Assembly (NCBI GenBank): GCA_964651495.1
Contig: CAZYWP010000005.1
Span: 1-55,200, forward strand
Reading direction: 5' to 3'
Length of the DNA: 55,200 nt
Source: an uncultured Eubacteriales bacterium
GTDB taxonomy: Bacteria; Acidobacteriota; Aminicenantia; Aminicenantales; UBA8522
The notes beneath the pieces are model-generated. The model saw only the letters and a list, made by a program, of their open reading frames with translations, had not been told where the DNA came from and searched no databases. The translations under genes were made by a program, and so were the position numbers. This document shows, one piece after another, positions 1-9,573 of the stretch (the first letter of the stretch is position 1; every line of letters starts with the position of its first letter).

Positions 1-50
1 GATATTATTAGAGTACGCGACTGTCGCATGTTTATGACTGTCGAACGTGG

Positions 51-62
51 GATAATATTATC
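51..62. promoter_or_regulatory. Perfect 12-bp AT-rich palindrome GATAATATTATC, candidate regulator site
   Basis: Read directly; self-complementary; lies about 110 bp upstream of the CDS at 170. Confidence 0.35.
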
Positions 63-121
63 TCTTGAAATTGGCCCGTCTCCATAGGATTTGGCTCGAT
101 TTGATCATCAGCCAAAATTCC

Positions 122-138
122 AACTATTGACAATAGTT
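122..138. promoter_or_regulatory. 8-1-8 palindrome AACTATTG-A-CAATAGTT overlapping a TTGACA -35 hexamer; candidate operator/promoter of 170..625
   Basis: Perfect inverted repeat read directly; TTGACA at 127-132; only a weak -10 downstream. Confidence 0.5.
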
Positions 139-169
139 CGGATATCTTAAAAATAGGGAATGAAACCCC

Positions 170-625
170 ATGTCGAAAACGAAGCGGATAATCGAAATTG
201 CCTTTGTCGCCGTGGTCGTTTTCCTGGTTCTCACTCAGGCGGCATCACTGTATCTTCGCTGGCGGGAGGGAAAGCAGATCCGGGAGGAAATCTGGAAGGG
301 CGCCCGCGTCACGGTCGTCAAAACCGACCCGCAGTTCCCGCCCGGGCTTCTCGTCGAGTATGAAAACGCCAGCCCTTATGCGGTCGAGAAGACCCACTTC
401 AGGCTGGCTTTTTCAATCAACGGTCTCGAAGTCGCCAGGACGGACAGAGATTACCTGAAAGAGCTGAAGCCCGGGCAAAAAGAACGGATTCTGCTGAAAT
501 CCGGGTCAACCGTTCCCACCGGTCAGACGTATGGCCCGCCGACGAAAGCGACTTATCTCCTCCTCGCTTTTCCCAACATGAAGAAACCCCTGCCCGAGCT
601 CAGGGGCGAAATCGAGCTGCGGTGA
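170..625 (+). CDS. Hypothetical protein with N-terminal membrane anchor and beta-rich (Ig/FxLYD-like) soluble domain
   Basis: 151-aa ORF; basic N-terminus plus hydrophobic IIEIAFVAVVVFLVL; alternating beta-strand pattern ending LKELKPGQK. Confidence 0.65.
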   Translation: MSKTKRIIEIAFVAVVVFLVLTQAASLYLRWREGKQIREEIWKGARVTVVKTDPQFPPGLLVEYENASPYAVEKTHFRLAFSINGLEVARTDRDYLKELKPGQKERILLKSGSTVPTGQTYGPPTKATYLLLAFPNMKKPLPELRGEIELR

Positions 626-658
626 GGTCACTCAGGCCTGTTTTTCTCGATCCTTCCA

Positions 659-676
659 TTTAGCCGTTTGGCTAAA
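659..676. terminator. Small hairpin TTTAGCC-GTTT-GGCTAAA between convergent genes
   Basis: 7-bp perfect stem in the 626-710 convergent gap; short stem and no clear U-tract. Confidence 0.25.
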
Positions 677-710
677 CTGCCGGATGCGTGATATGTGGGC
701 CTGTCCGTGC

Positions 711-2006
711 TCATCTCCGCGCGGAGAGATGATCGAGGATGACGGCGGACATGACCTTGACTCCGATCGGGATGCTGCCTTCGTCGGCGATGAAGGTCGG
801 CGAATGCACTTGTGTGCTCTCCACATCGGCGGGCACGACGCCAAGCCAGAGCATCACTGAGGGGACCTGGCGCGAGAAATAGCTGAAATCCTCGCCCCCC
901 ATCTCCGGCAGAACCTCCCGGATGAAATGTTTCCCGCCGAGGACTCTCTCGACGGTCGGCAGGATCTCCCGCAGCAGGCGCGGGTCATTATAGACGGAGG
1001 GAGTCCCGATCTGATAATCGAGCTCGTATGGAGCGCCGGCCGCCTCACAGATGTTTTTGACCAGCCTCTCCACTTTCTCCTTGATCAGCATCCTCTGGTC
1101 CTCGCCGTAATTCCGGACCGTGGCCTTGAGCTCGGCGCGCTCGGGAATGATGTTCGGCGCTGTCCCGGCATGAAAAGTGCCCACGGTAATGACCGCGTTG
1201 TGATTGACATCGATCTCCCGCGCCACCATGACCTGAAGGGCGGTGACGATCTGCGCTCCGACGACGATGGGATCAACGCACGACCAGGGAGAGGCACCAT
1301 GGCAGCCCGCGGATTCAACGGTCAAATCAAAACCGTCCACGTTGGCGGTCATGTCCCCCGGACAGAAGGCGATATGCCCGGCCTTGAACCTGTCGTCCAC
1401 GTGGTAGGCGAACATGGCCTCCGGCTTGATGTCCTTGAACAGCCCGGCTTTGAGCAGGTCATTCGCACCGTCACCGTGTTCCTCGGCCGGCTGGGCCACG
1501 AAGAGGACGATCCCGGGGAGGTCTCTTTTGAACTCCGAAAGCACATGGGCGACGCCGAGCAGCAGCGTCGTGTGAATGTCGTGACCGCAGGCGTGCATGA
1601 TGCCCACTTCCCGGCCGTCACGGACTCCCTTCTCTTTCGAAGCAAAGGAGAGATTTGTCTCCTCGACAATGGGCAGAGCGTCCATATCTCCTCTCATTCC
1701 CACGACCGCACCCGGCTTCCCGCCGCGGAGGATGCCCAGCACACCCGTTCCCCCGATTCCGGTCCTGACCTCGAGCCCGAGCTTCTCGAAGTAGGCGGCC
1801 ACGAGCGCCGCGGTCCGCGTCTCCTCCATCGAGAGCTCCGGGTGGCAGTGGATGTCCCGCCGGATGTCGATTAGCGAGGGCGTGATTCGGGTGACGATGG
1901 CACCCACCCTGTCGTCCATCTTTTGATCAACAGCCAGCAACGCGTGACCGGAGAAGAAGATGATGTTCAACATCAAGCTCAGCAGCCGAGTTCTTTTTTT
2001 TATCAT
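711..2006 (-). CDS. M20D-family amidohydrolase with signal peptide
   Basis: Motifs RRDIHCHPELS, RGDMDALP, MHACGHD, FQPAEE-like AQPAEE, GGEDFSYF, HSP.F; GGAGG RBS. Confidence 0.92.
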   Translation of the reverse strand: MIKKRTRLLSLMLNIIFFSGHALLAVDQKMDDRVGAIVTRITPSLIDIRRDIHCHPELSMEETRTAALVAAYFEKLGLEVRTGIGGTGVLGILRGGKPGAVVGMRGDMDALPIVEETNLSFASKEKGVRDGREVGIMHACGHDIHTTLLLGVAHVLSEFKRDLPGIVLFVAQPAEEHGDGANDLLKAGLFKDIKPEAMFAYHVDDRFKAGHIAFCPGDMTANVDGFDLTVESAGCHGASPWSCVDPIVVGAQIVTALQVMVAREIDVNHNAVITVGTFHAGTAPNIIPERAELKATVRNYGEDQRMLIKEKVERLVKNICEAAGAPYELDYQIGTPSVYNDPRLLREILPTVERVLGGKHFIREVLPEMGGEDFSYFSRQVPSVMLWLGVVPADVESTQVHSPTFIADEGSIPIGVKVMSAVILDHLSARR

Positions 2007-2127
2007 CCTGCCTCCTTGGCTTGGATCAAATTCAAGTCCCCCATCTTATCGCGCCGGGTCGATTCTTTCAAATTTCTTAAAAAATGAGATTCTGATAAAA
2101 GAGTGACAATCAAATCGGGACGAAAGA

Positions 2128-3534
2128 TCATAAACCAAATTTCTTTTCTGGTTCTCCCTTTCCCCTCTTTTCCAGGTTTTTGCGTCGGACGTAAGAAAAG
2201 AGCCCCAGCAACTGGCCGCGGGTGATCCCGGAAGTTTCGATGGCGAAGGCGGAGGAGCGGTAGAGGTTCCAGTCGTCCTTAATGGCGGGCGGCACGTCCA
2301 TCTCCTCGTAAAGGCGGCTTCCCGGCGCCAGATAGAAGACCGACGGCCCGACGAGCACGCCCAGCCCCAAGAGATAATCGATGCTCTCTTTCACCTCGGC
2401 GTAGGACTGTCCCGGCAGGCCGAGGATGACATAAACAGTGATAAAAAAGGAGAGCTCTTGAGCCGCCCTGATAAGGCTATCAAATCGATCGATCCGATCG
2501 AATAAGTATGGCCTACGATATCGCTTCTGCAGCTCCCGGTTCTGCGTGACCAAAGATAGGTTGATCTCCCGGAACCCGGCCCGCCTCATCGCCGCGAGCA
2601 CTTCTTCATCGAGCGTGTTGGCGCAGAGGCCGTTCATCGCGGTGAGCTCGATTCCTTTCATCTCCCGATCGGACGCCACGGCCGTGAGAAATTCCAGGAA
2701 CCAGCGCCTGTCGTAGGACAGGTTGTCGTCCTCGAAATTGAAAAGGCGCGTATCTTTCCGCGCATGATTCGTCCGCATCTCCGCCAGGACCGCGTCGATC
2801 GCACGGTAGCGGATGTCCCGGCCGAACATCCGGTGGACGCTGCAGAAGTCGCAAGCGTAAGGACAGCCGCGGCTGGCGCTGAGAGAGATATATTTTTTGC
2901 GCCCGATCCGGTAGTCCTCTCCTCGAAGAAGATGGTGCGCGGGCTGAATTTTCCGCCAATCCGGCCGTTCCATCAGGACGGTTTTATCTAACTCCCCCTC
3001 TGCCCGCCCGTCCTTTTTCTGCGCTTCCGGCCACAGGCCGATTCCTGTCAGGAACGGGGGCAGGCAATCCTCCGCCGGGCCTTCCACCACGAAATCGATC
3101 ACCGGCGTGCGGCGCCGAATCTCCGCCGCGAATACGGTGGCGTGATTCCCGCCGATGAAAATGGGAAGGCCGAACTCCTGCTTAATCATTCGGGCCAGCT
3201 CTTCGACGTTTTTGTAATATGCCGTAAATTGAGAGGAGATGCCGACGAGGTCCGGCGAAAATTTGCCGATGCGCTCGATGATCTCTTCATTCGTCAGCCC
3301 GAAGCGGTAATAGCCCTTAAAAAAATACGGCACCTGGTCAAGCGGCGGAAGATAGCCGAAGCTCGCCGGAACCCGAATCTTTCGTTTTTTAAGCGGCGCC
3401 AGGCAATCGAGAAGGCCGACGGTCACGCCCCCCTCCTCCAGCACCCGCGCCGCGTACAGGAGCCCCAGAGGATAAAGGCGGATGGGCGTGGTGTAGAAAT
3501 CCTCGATCGGCGGCTGGACCAGCAGTACTCTCAT
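2128..3534 (-). CDS. Cobalamin-binding (class B-type) radical SAM protein
   Basis: N-terminal B12-binding domain (PLGLLYAA, LVGISS, IGGNHAT) followed by SRGCPYACDFC (CX3CX2C) and FEDDN. Confidence 0.9.
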   Translation of the reverse strand: MRVLLVQPPIEDFYTTPIRLYPLGLLYAARVLEEGGVTVGLLDCLAPLKKRKIRVPASFGYLPPLDQVPYFFKGYYRFGLTNEEIIERIGKFSPDLVGISSQFTAYYKNVEELARMIKQEFGLPIFIGGNHATVFAAEIRRRTPVIDFVVEGPAEDCLPPFLTGIGLWPEAQKKDGRAEGELDKTVLMERPDWRKIQPAHHLLRGEDYRIGRKKYISLSASRGCPYACDFCSVHRMFGRDIRYRAIDAVLAEMRTNHARKDTRLFNFEDDNLSYDRRWFLEFLTAVASDREMKGIELTAMNGLCANTLDEEVLAAMRRAGFREINLSLVTQNRELQKRYRRPYLFDRIDRFDSLIRAAQELSFFITVYVILGLPGQSYAEVKESIDYLLGLGVLVGPSVFYLAPGSRLYEEMDVPPAIKDDWNLYRSSAFAIETSGITRGQLLGLFSYVRRKNLEKRGKGEPEKKFGL

Positions 3535-3556
3535 TAATGGAAAAAACCCTCGGCGC

Positions 3557-6502
3557 TTATTTTGATATGACGATCCTCACGGTCTGGATGCCGAACGCTT
3601 TAACCGGAACCGCAATCCCGTCCGCTGAAGCGGGAGCCGGTTTCTCGTCCCCTTCCGCTATATCAGTCAGCATCGCGGAAATCTTTCTCCCCTGCCAGAG
3701 CGCGCTCTTGACGCGGACTTCGGTGTCCCGGCCGGCGATCTCCCGCAGCCTCAAGATAAGCCCGCGGCCGTCTTCGGCCCGCTTTAAAGCCTGGAGGATG
3801 ACGCTGGGCTGGTCGACCTGGAAAAAGGATGCCTCCATCGCCTCCAGAGTTCCTATGGATTCTTCCGGGATCCATCCCGCCACAAGAGGCGTGTGAACTT
3901 CCCAGCCGAACCGGCCGGACTGGACAGGGTCCGCTCCTCCGGCCCGGGAGGTGATCGCGTACCGGAAAGTGGTCAAGCCACCCTGGCTCGCCTTGAAATT
4001 CGTCATCCAGTAGTTATTCATGGCGTAAGAAAAGAGCGATGATTTGGGGATCTCGAGTGTTTTGAGCCACTTGCCGGTGTTGATATCGCCGAACTGGATG
4101 AGCGGCGCTTCAACCGATGACCAGACGATGCTGCGCTCCGCGTTGGACGCTTCGACCCAATGCTGGACGGTGTGCCAGTCGCGGGTCGTCCCGGGGAGCT
4201 GTTCGATTTCGGGCCGCATCATGCCGTCGGCGATCTCAAAAACGAATTTCCCTCCGTCCACGTTGAAGGGAAAAGCGAAATAAACGGCCTCGGGGATCGC
4301 CGTATCCTCCTTGCGCAGCCGGTTGACGATGTCCACCCTCTTGATCCCCTCATAGAGGATAATTTCGCTTTCGATTTCGCGGCAGCCCGGCGCCGTCATC
4401 CGGGCTATCAGGCTTGAGGCGACCGGACCCTGCCACCCCGGCAGGAGATCGGCCGAGGTCGGACTGGCCCGTCTGAAGACGGCCCTTTTTTCCATGTTGT
4501 CGACGGCCTTGCGCCCGCCCTCCGGGTTTTCGTAGATGTATTGGTTCAAACGAAAGGGGCTCGAGCTGTCGACACATTCCGCCCGCAGGGTTTTATCGAA
4601 CAGGCTCTTGATGCCGCCGCTCGCTTGGTCTACAACAATCCTGTAAAAGCTGTTATCGAGCGACTTCACGGCCGGCCCGGGCTTTGTTTCTGTCCGCGCC
4701 GGCGCTCCGTTGACGGAAACGGTATAAACCACATATCCGAAGGCCGGGATATCCCGGGCCAGAAAGAGGATCGTCCGGTCGTCGATGGACTGATAGACCA
4801 CTTCATCGCCGCTGCGGCCGTCGTGGAGCCGGAAATTCCTCTTTTTCTCGGCCAGCTTCTCAGGCAGAAAAACCCGAACGATATCCGTCCGCTCCCAGGA
4901 GAGCGGGTTGAAGACGGCCAGGGAAAATTCCGCCGGCGATCGAATCCGGCCGGCCACGGCCCCGAGGCCTTTCTCAAGCAGGGTCCGGCTGGTCTCGCTC
5001 GCTTCGTAGGCAAAACCCGATTTGTGGGCCCACTGGCTGCGGGCCAGCTCGGAGTCCGGGTCGTCGATGCTGTTGTGGGCGCCCCAGGTGTGCTCGTCGT
5101 AGAACATCGACCGGTTGTAGCCCTCGCCGATCTCGGCGCCGGGATAGACGAATTCCGGGTCGACCTCACCCGCCAGGGCCGCCAGTTTCTCCGCCGTCAG
5201 AAGAGTGTTGTGGGCCAGACGGTTGAGCCCGGTCTCATAGGCCGTGGAGGCGACTCCGTCCGTCCAGTAGTCCGGCCAGCCGAGTCTGTGCACCGAGATT
5301 GCGGCGGCGTATTTTTTCTCCAAAGCCTCGAAGAACTCGCCCATCGTCGCCAGCCTCAACCGCGGATAGGCCCAGCGGGCGTTCCAATCGCGGACGATAT
5401 CGGAGAGCTTCCGGCCCGGCGGGCAGTTGTCGGTCACCCAGGCGCTGATGTTGAAAGCGATGAGGTCAAAGGGATAGTCGCCGCGCTCCTCCAGCCCGGC
5501 CAGATACCCGGCCACCTGGGGCACGCTCTTCTCCTCGGCCTCATGGAGTCGCAACCCGTAATTGGAAAAAAGATAGTGCTCTCCGTTCCAGTGGAGGATG
5601 CGGCTTCCGTCGGGAGACTCCCAGTAAAAGGCGCAGGGCCGGCGGAGCGGCGCCCGGGAGCGGGTCTCGTTGATGCCGGTGGCGAAATAGCGCACCCCGG
5701 ACCGGCTCAGGATCTGCGGCGAGGCCCAGCTGAACCCGGTCACATCGTTGTTCATGGCGCCCGTGACCGTGATGCCGTATTTTCTGTTCAACTCGCGGGC
5801 GAAATAGACGGCCCGGATGAGCTCCTCGTGGGCGAACGTGTCCGAGAGCTGGAGATACCAGGCGCCGACTTCGACTCGCCCTTCTTTAATGAGCTCGACG
5901 AGCTCTTCCACCTTGCTCTCCGGTCTCTGCCGGATGTAGTTTTGGATGCTCCAGGCGGTCTCGGCATTCCAGCGGAAGCGGGCATCGTCGGGATAGCCGT
6001 CCGTCTCGCGGCAGTATTTGATCACATCATCGAGATACTCCGCGTGCTTCTTGTAGATGCGCGTTTGGAGCTCGGTATAGCCGATATCGGTGTGAGAATG
6101 GTGGAAAAGATAGATCATCCACTTCCGCTGCGGCCGGAGCGTTTTCTCGGCCGAGAGGATTTTCGTCCCAACCTTCAGTTTGATTTTCGCCGCCGCGGGC
6201 TGAGTAATTTCCGGGATGTAGAAAGCGCGCTCGCTCTTCCCCGGCGGAATCCGGTCCAGCGGCCAGCGCCGTTCGACCGTTCCGATATTCGCCTCGAGTT
6301 CACCGGATATCTCCGCTCCAGCGTTCTCCAGGAGGACTCGGAGCATCTGCTTGAGCTCGCCGCCCTCGCGGATGAAAAAGGGCGCCGGGACGACATCGAA
6401 CTTCAGGGCCGGCGCCGTCTCAGCGGGGGAAGCGGCTGCGCCGGCCGCGAGCGCTGACAGAGAGACGAGCAGGCAAAGAAAATTCCCTCGAGTGAATTTC
6501 AT
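3557..6502 (-). CDS. Secreted GH38-like (alpha-mannosidase-type) glycoside hydrolase
   Basis: Signal peptide; HSHTDIGY metal motif, WNAE, NDVTGFSW, FYWESPDGS, DEHTWG; C-terminal beta-sandwich region. Confidence 0.85.
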   Translation of the reverse strand: MKFTRGNFLCLLVSLSALAAGAAASPAETAPALKFDVVPAPFFIREGGELKQMLRVLLENAGAEISGELEANIGTVERRWPLDRIPPGKSERAFYIPEITQPAAAKIKLKVGTKILSAEKTLRPQRKWMIYLFHHSHTDIGYTELQTRIYKKHAEYLDDVIKYCRETDGYPDDARFRWNAETAWSIQNYIRQRPESKVEELVELIKEGRVEVGAWYLQLSDTFAHEELIRAVYFARELNRKYGITVTGAMNNDVTGFSWASPQILSRSGVRYFATGINETRSRAPLRRPCAFYWESPDGSRILHWNGEHYLFSNYGLRLHEAEEKSVPQVAGYLAGLEERGDYPFDLIAFNISAWVTDNCPPGRKLSDIVRDWNARWAYPRLRLATMGEFFEALEKKYAAAISVHRLGWPDYWTDGVASTAYETGLNRLAHNTLLTAEKLAALAGEVDPEFVYPGAEIGEGYNRSMFYDEHTWGAHNSIDDPDSELARSQWAHKSGFAYEASETSRTLLEKGLGAVAGRIRSPAEFSLAVFNPLSWERTDIVRVFLPEKLAEKKRNFRLHDGRSGDEVVYQSIDDRTILFLARDIPAFGYVVYTVSVNGAPARTETKPGPAVKSLDNSFYRIVVDQASGGIKSLFDKTLRAECVDSSSPFRLNQYIYENPEGGRKAVDNMEKRAVFRRASPTSADLLPGWQGPVASSLIARMTAPGCREIESEIILYEGIKRVDIVNRLRKEDTAIPEAVYFAFPFNVDGGKFVFEIADGMMRPEIEQLPGTTRDWHTVQHWVEASNAERSIVWSSVEAPLIQFGDINTGKWLKTLEIPKSSLFSYAMNNYWMTNFKASQGGLTTFRYAITSRAGGADPVQSGRFGWEVHTPLVAGWIPEESIGTLEAMEASFFQVDQPSVILQALKRAEDGRGLILRLREIAGRDTEVRVKSALWQGRKISAMLTDIAEGDEKPAPASADGIAVPVKAFGIQTVRIVISK

Positions 6503-6514
6503 TTGATCCTCCGG

Positions 6515-7975
6515 TCAATATGGCTGCTTCTGTCTGAGCTTGCTTTTGCGGATGCCGTAGAAGAAATAGATGACCAGGCCAAGCCCCATCCAGCCGAGCA
6601 GCCGGACCCAGGTGTCCTTGGGCAGGCCGATCATCAGGTAAAAGCAGGACAGGATCCCCAGGATCGGGATGAACGGCACGCCCGGGGTCTTGAACGGCCG
6701 CGGGATCTCGGGATGGGTGTAGCGGAGGACGAGGACGCCGCTGCAGACGATGATAAAGGCGAGCAGCGTCCCGATGCTGACCAGTTCACCGACGATGCCA
6801 ATGGGGAGAAGCGCCGCCGCGACGGCCACCGCGCTGCCGGTGGCGATCGTGGTCACGTAGGGGGTCCGGTATTTCGGGTGGACTTTGGATGCTGCCCGCG
6901 GCAGGAGGCCGTCGGTCGCCATGGAGAAGAAAATGCGCGGCTGGCCCATGAGCTGGACGATCATGACCGAGATCAGGCCGACCACCGCCGCAACCTTGAT
7001 CAGCGGGGAAAGCCAGAACAGCCGCATGGCGTCGATGGCCACGGCGACCGGAGCGGCCACGTTCAACTCCGTGTAGGAAACGACACCAGTCAGAACGAGC
7101 GAGAAGGCGATGTATATGACTGTGCAGATGACCAGGCTGCCGAGGATCCCTCTGGGCATGTCCTTCTGCGGGTTGCGCGCTTCCTGGGCGAGTGTGGAAA
7201 CCGCGTCGAACCCCAGGTAGGCGAAAAACATCACCCCCGCTCCACGCAGGACCCCGCTCAGGCCGAAGAACCCGAACTGGCCCTGGTTGGCCGGGATGAA
7301 CGGCTGCCAGAGAGACGGTTTAACGAAAAAGACGCCGACTCCGATGAAAACCAGGATGATGGTAATCTTAAGAAAGACGATGACGACATTGACCGTCGCC
7401 GACTCCCGGATGCCGACAACGAGCAGCCCAGTGATGAAAACGACGATCAGGAACGCCGGCAGGTTGAACAGAGCGCCCGTGGCCGTCCAGGCGTGCTGCT
7501 GCGGGTCGAAAGAGAACGGAGCTGCCGCCAGCGCCGCCGGAAACTCGACGCCCAGGTCCTTGAGGAAGCTGACCATGTAGCCCGACCAGCCGATGGACAC
7601 GGCCGTGGCGCCCAGAGAATATTCGAGGATCAGGTCCCAGCCGATGATCCAGGCAAAAAATTCGCCCAGCGTCGCATAGGCATAGGTGTAGGCGCTTCCC
7701 GCGATGGGGATGAGCGAAGCAAACTCCGCATAGCACAGCCCGGCGAAGGAGCAGGTCAGCGCCGCCAGGACGAAGGACAGAGTGACCGCGGGCCCGGCAT
7801 ACTGGGCGGCGGCATGGCCGGTAATGACAAAAATGCCGGCCCCGACGATCGCCCCGATCCCGAGGAAGATGAGATGCCAGGGGCCCAGCACCCTCTTCAG
7901 CCCGTGCGCCGTATCGGAAGCCTCCCGCGAGAGGTCCGCCAGGCTCTTCTTGGCCAGTAGCTTGTTTTTCAGCAA
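6515..7975 (-). CDS. APC-superfamily amino acid permease (cationic amino acid transporter-like)
   Basis: LKRVLG, GIGAIVGAGIF, YAEFAS..P.AGSAY, AYLGFDAVST, RPFK.P motifs. Start reassigned to TTG at 7975 (GAGG RBS, 8 bp after the upstream stop). Confidence 0.92.
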   Translation of the reverse strand: MLKNKLLAKKSLADLSREASDTAHGLKRVLGPWHLIFLGIGAIVGAGIFVITGHAAAQYAGPAVTLSFVLAALTCSFAGLCYAEFASLIPIAGSAYTYAYATLGEFFAWIIGWDLILEYSLGATAVSIGWSGYMVSFLKDLGVEFPAALAAAPFSFDPQQHAWTATGALFNLPAFLIVVFITGLLVVGIRESATVNVVIVFLKITIILVFIGVGVFFVKPSLWQPFIPANQGQFGFFGLSGVLRGAGVMFFAYLGFDAVSTLAQEARNPQKDMPRGILGSLVICTVIYIAFSLVLTGVVSYTELNVAAPVAVAIDAMRLFWLSPLIKVAAVVGLISVMIVQLMGQPRIFFSMATDGLLPRAASKVHPKYRTPYVTTIATGSAVAVAAALLPIGIVGELVSIGTLLAFIIVCSGVLVLRYTHPEIPRPFKTPGVPFIPILGILSCFYLMIGLPKDTWVRLLGWMGLGLVIYFFYGIRKSKLRQKQPY

Positions 7976-7983
7976 CGGTTCCT

Positions 7984-9468
7984 CTACCTTTTCGGGACGA
8001 CCCGGGGCGCAAGGTCCACCGGAAGGGGCGATTTGTACTCGCGGCCCTTCTTTTTCGCCGTCCATTCTTCCCTCATTTTCTGGATCGTCTGGGGCTGGGC
8101 CAGGAAATCCAGGCAGGACGCCGCCATGACCTTGGCCGCGACGGCGAGCGCCTTGTGGCCGATGGACATGCCGGCGCAGGCGACCGCCGACCAGTGATGG
8201 CCGGGCGTGCCGAGCGGCTTGAAGGCGATCCCCAGGCTTGTCGTCGGCGCGAGCCAACTCACTTCCGCCACGTCCGTAGAGCCGCTTCCCCAGCTCCTCT
8301 CGGGGAGGGCAAAGGGCTCGATTTTCGCGCTCAGCCCCTTCGGCTCGACTCCCACGCTCTTCTGGATCTCCTTGGCGAAGGCCTGCTCCTCCTCGCTGAA
8401 CGGCGGCGGCCCCACGAGCAGCAGGTTGGAAAAGACGACCTCGTTTCCGGCGCGGTTGGGGAGCACTTCGTGCACTCCGCTCTTAAAGCGGATTTTGTAG
8501 GTGGTCTCGGTCATCATGGCGGCGCCGTCGATCACCTTGAGGACTCTCTCGTAATCCTTCTCCACGCTCTCCCGGTCGATGTCCCGGACATAATACCAGG
8601 CCCGGGCATAAGCGGGCACGACGTTCGGCGCTCCTCCCCCGTCGAGGATGACATAGTGGATGCGTGCCGTCGGCTGGAGATGCTCGCGCAGGAAATTCAA
8701 GCCGATATCGGCGAGCTCCACGGCGTCGAGGGCGCTGCGGCCGTGCCAGGGGTCGCCGGCGCTGTGGGCGGTCCGGCCGAAAAACTCGACCTCGAACTGG
8801 TTCAGGGCGTTGCTCGAGCCGAGAGAGACATTGTTGTCATCGCTCGGGTGCCACTGGATGCAGCAAGCGAGGCCGTTGAAAACGCCCTCGCGGGCCATAA
8901 AAACTTTTCCCTCGACTGTTTCCTCGGCCGGGCAGCCGAAGATTTTGAGTGTCCCCTTCAGACCGCCTTTTTCCATCGCCTCTTTCGTCGCCACGGCGGC
9001 CGCCACGCTGGCGACGCCGAAAACGTTGTGGCCGCAGCCGTGGCCGGGATCGCCCTCCCGGACCGGCTTCTGGACACTGGTGGCTTCCTGCGAGAGCCCG
9101 GGCAGGGCATCATATTCGGCGAGAAACCCGATGACCGGGTCGCCGGAGCCATAGACGCCCACGAAGGCGGTCGGGAGTCCGGCCACTCCTCTCTCGACCT
9201 TGAATCCGTTCTTTTCGATGTAGGAGGCCAGGGCTTCGGCTGAAAGGTATTCCTTCATGGCGACTTCGGCCGCCTGCCAGATCTCGTCATTCAGCTTTGT
9301 TAAATCCGCCATGTTGGCCTCGACCCAGGCGATGGCCGCTTTCTTGAGTGGAGTGAGCTTGGCGGGCTTAACCAGGATCTGGAGCGGATTATCCTCCGCC
9401 GATAAAAACAGGAGGGGTCCGATCAGCCCCAGAGCGATAAAAAATGTCAATAAAAAGCGTCTCTTCAT
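7984..9468 (-). CDS. AbgB-like M20 amidohydrolase with signal peptide
   Basis: AEYDALPGLSQ, GHGCGHN, GCPAEE, WHP, GRTAHSAGDPW.GRSALDAVEL, GSTDV, HHW motifs. Confidence 0.9.
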   Translation of the reverse strand: MKRRFLLTFFIALGLIGPLLFLSAEDNPLQILVKPAKLTPLKKAAIAWVEANMADLTKLNDEIWQAAEVAMKEYLSAEALASYIEKNGFKVERGVAGLPTAFVGVYGSGDPVIGFLAEYDALPGLSQEATSVQKPVREGDPGHGCGHNVFGVASVAAAVATKEAMEKGGLKGTLKIFGCPAEETVEGKVFMAREGVFNGLACCIQWHPSDDNNVSLGSSNALNQFEVEFFGRTAHSAGDPWHGRSALDAVELADIGLNFLREHLQPTARIHYVILDGGGAPNVVPAYARAWYYVRDIDRESVEKDYERVLKVIDGAAMMTETTYKIRFKSGVHEVLPNRAGNEVVFSNLLLVGPPPFSEEEQAFAKEIQKSVGVEPKGLSAKIEPFALPERSWGSGSTDVAEVSWLAPTTSLGIAFKPLGTPGHHWSAVACAGMSIGHKALAVAAKVMAASCLDFLAQPQTIQKMREEWTAKKKGREYKSPLPVDLAPRVVPKR

Positions 9469-9573
9469 TTCCGCTCCTTTCTTGGAGGGTTACCGGCCGA
9501 TGCCGCGGTCAGCGAATCCGGCTCGGTCAGATCCCAGGCTGGTGCCCTAAATAAGTTCAGCGGCGTGTCCCCC

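Noticed and set aside
51-62. Calling GATAATATTATC a Fur box
   Set aside because: Half-site spacing is 6-0-6 rather than 7-1-7 and no iron-related gene is adjacent; kept only as a generic palindrome.
4541-7960. Long plus-strand ORFs (4541..6457, 6503..7960) and similar ones (927..1874, 12410..13606, 20440..21639, 21420..22535)
   Set aside because: Antisense shadows of well-supported minus-strand genes, expected from GC-rich codon usage; no motifs or RBS.
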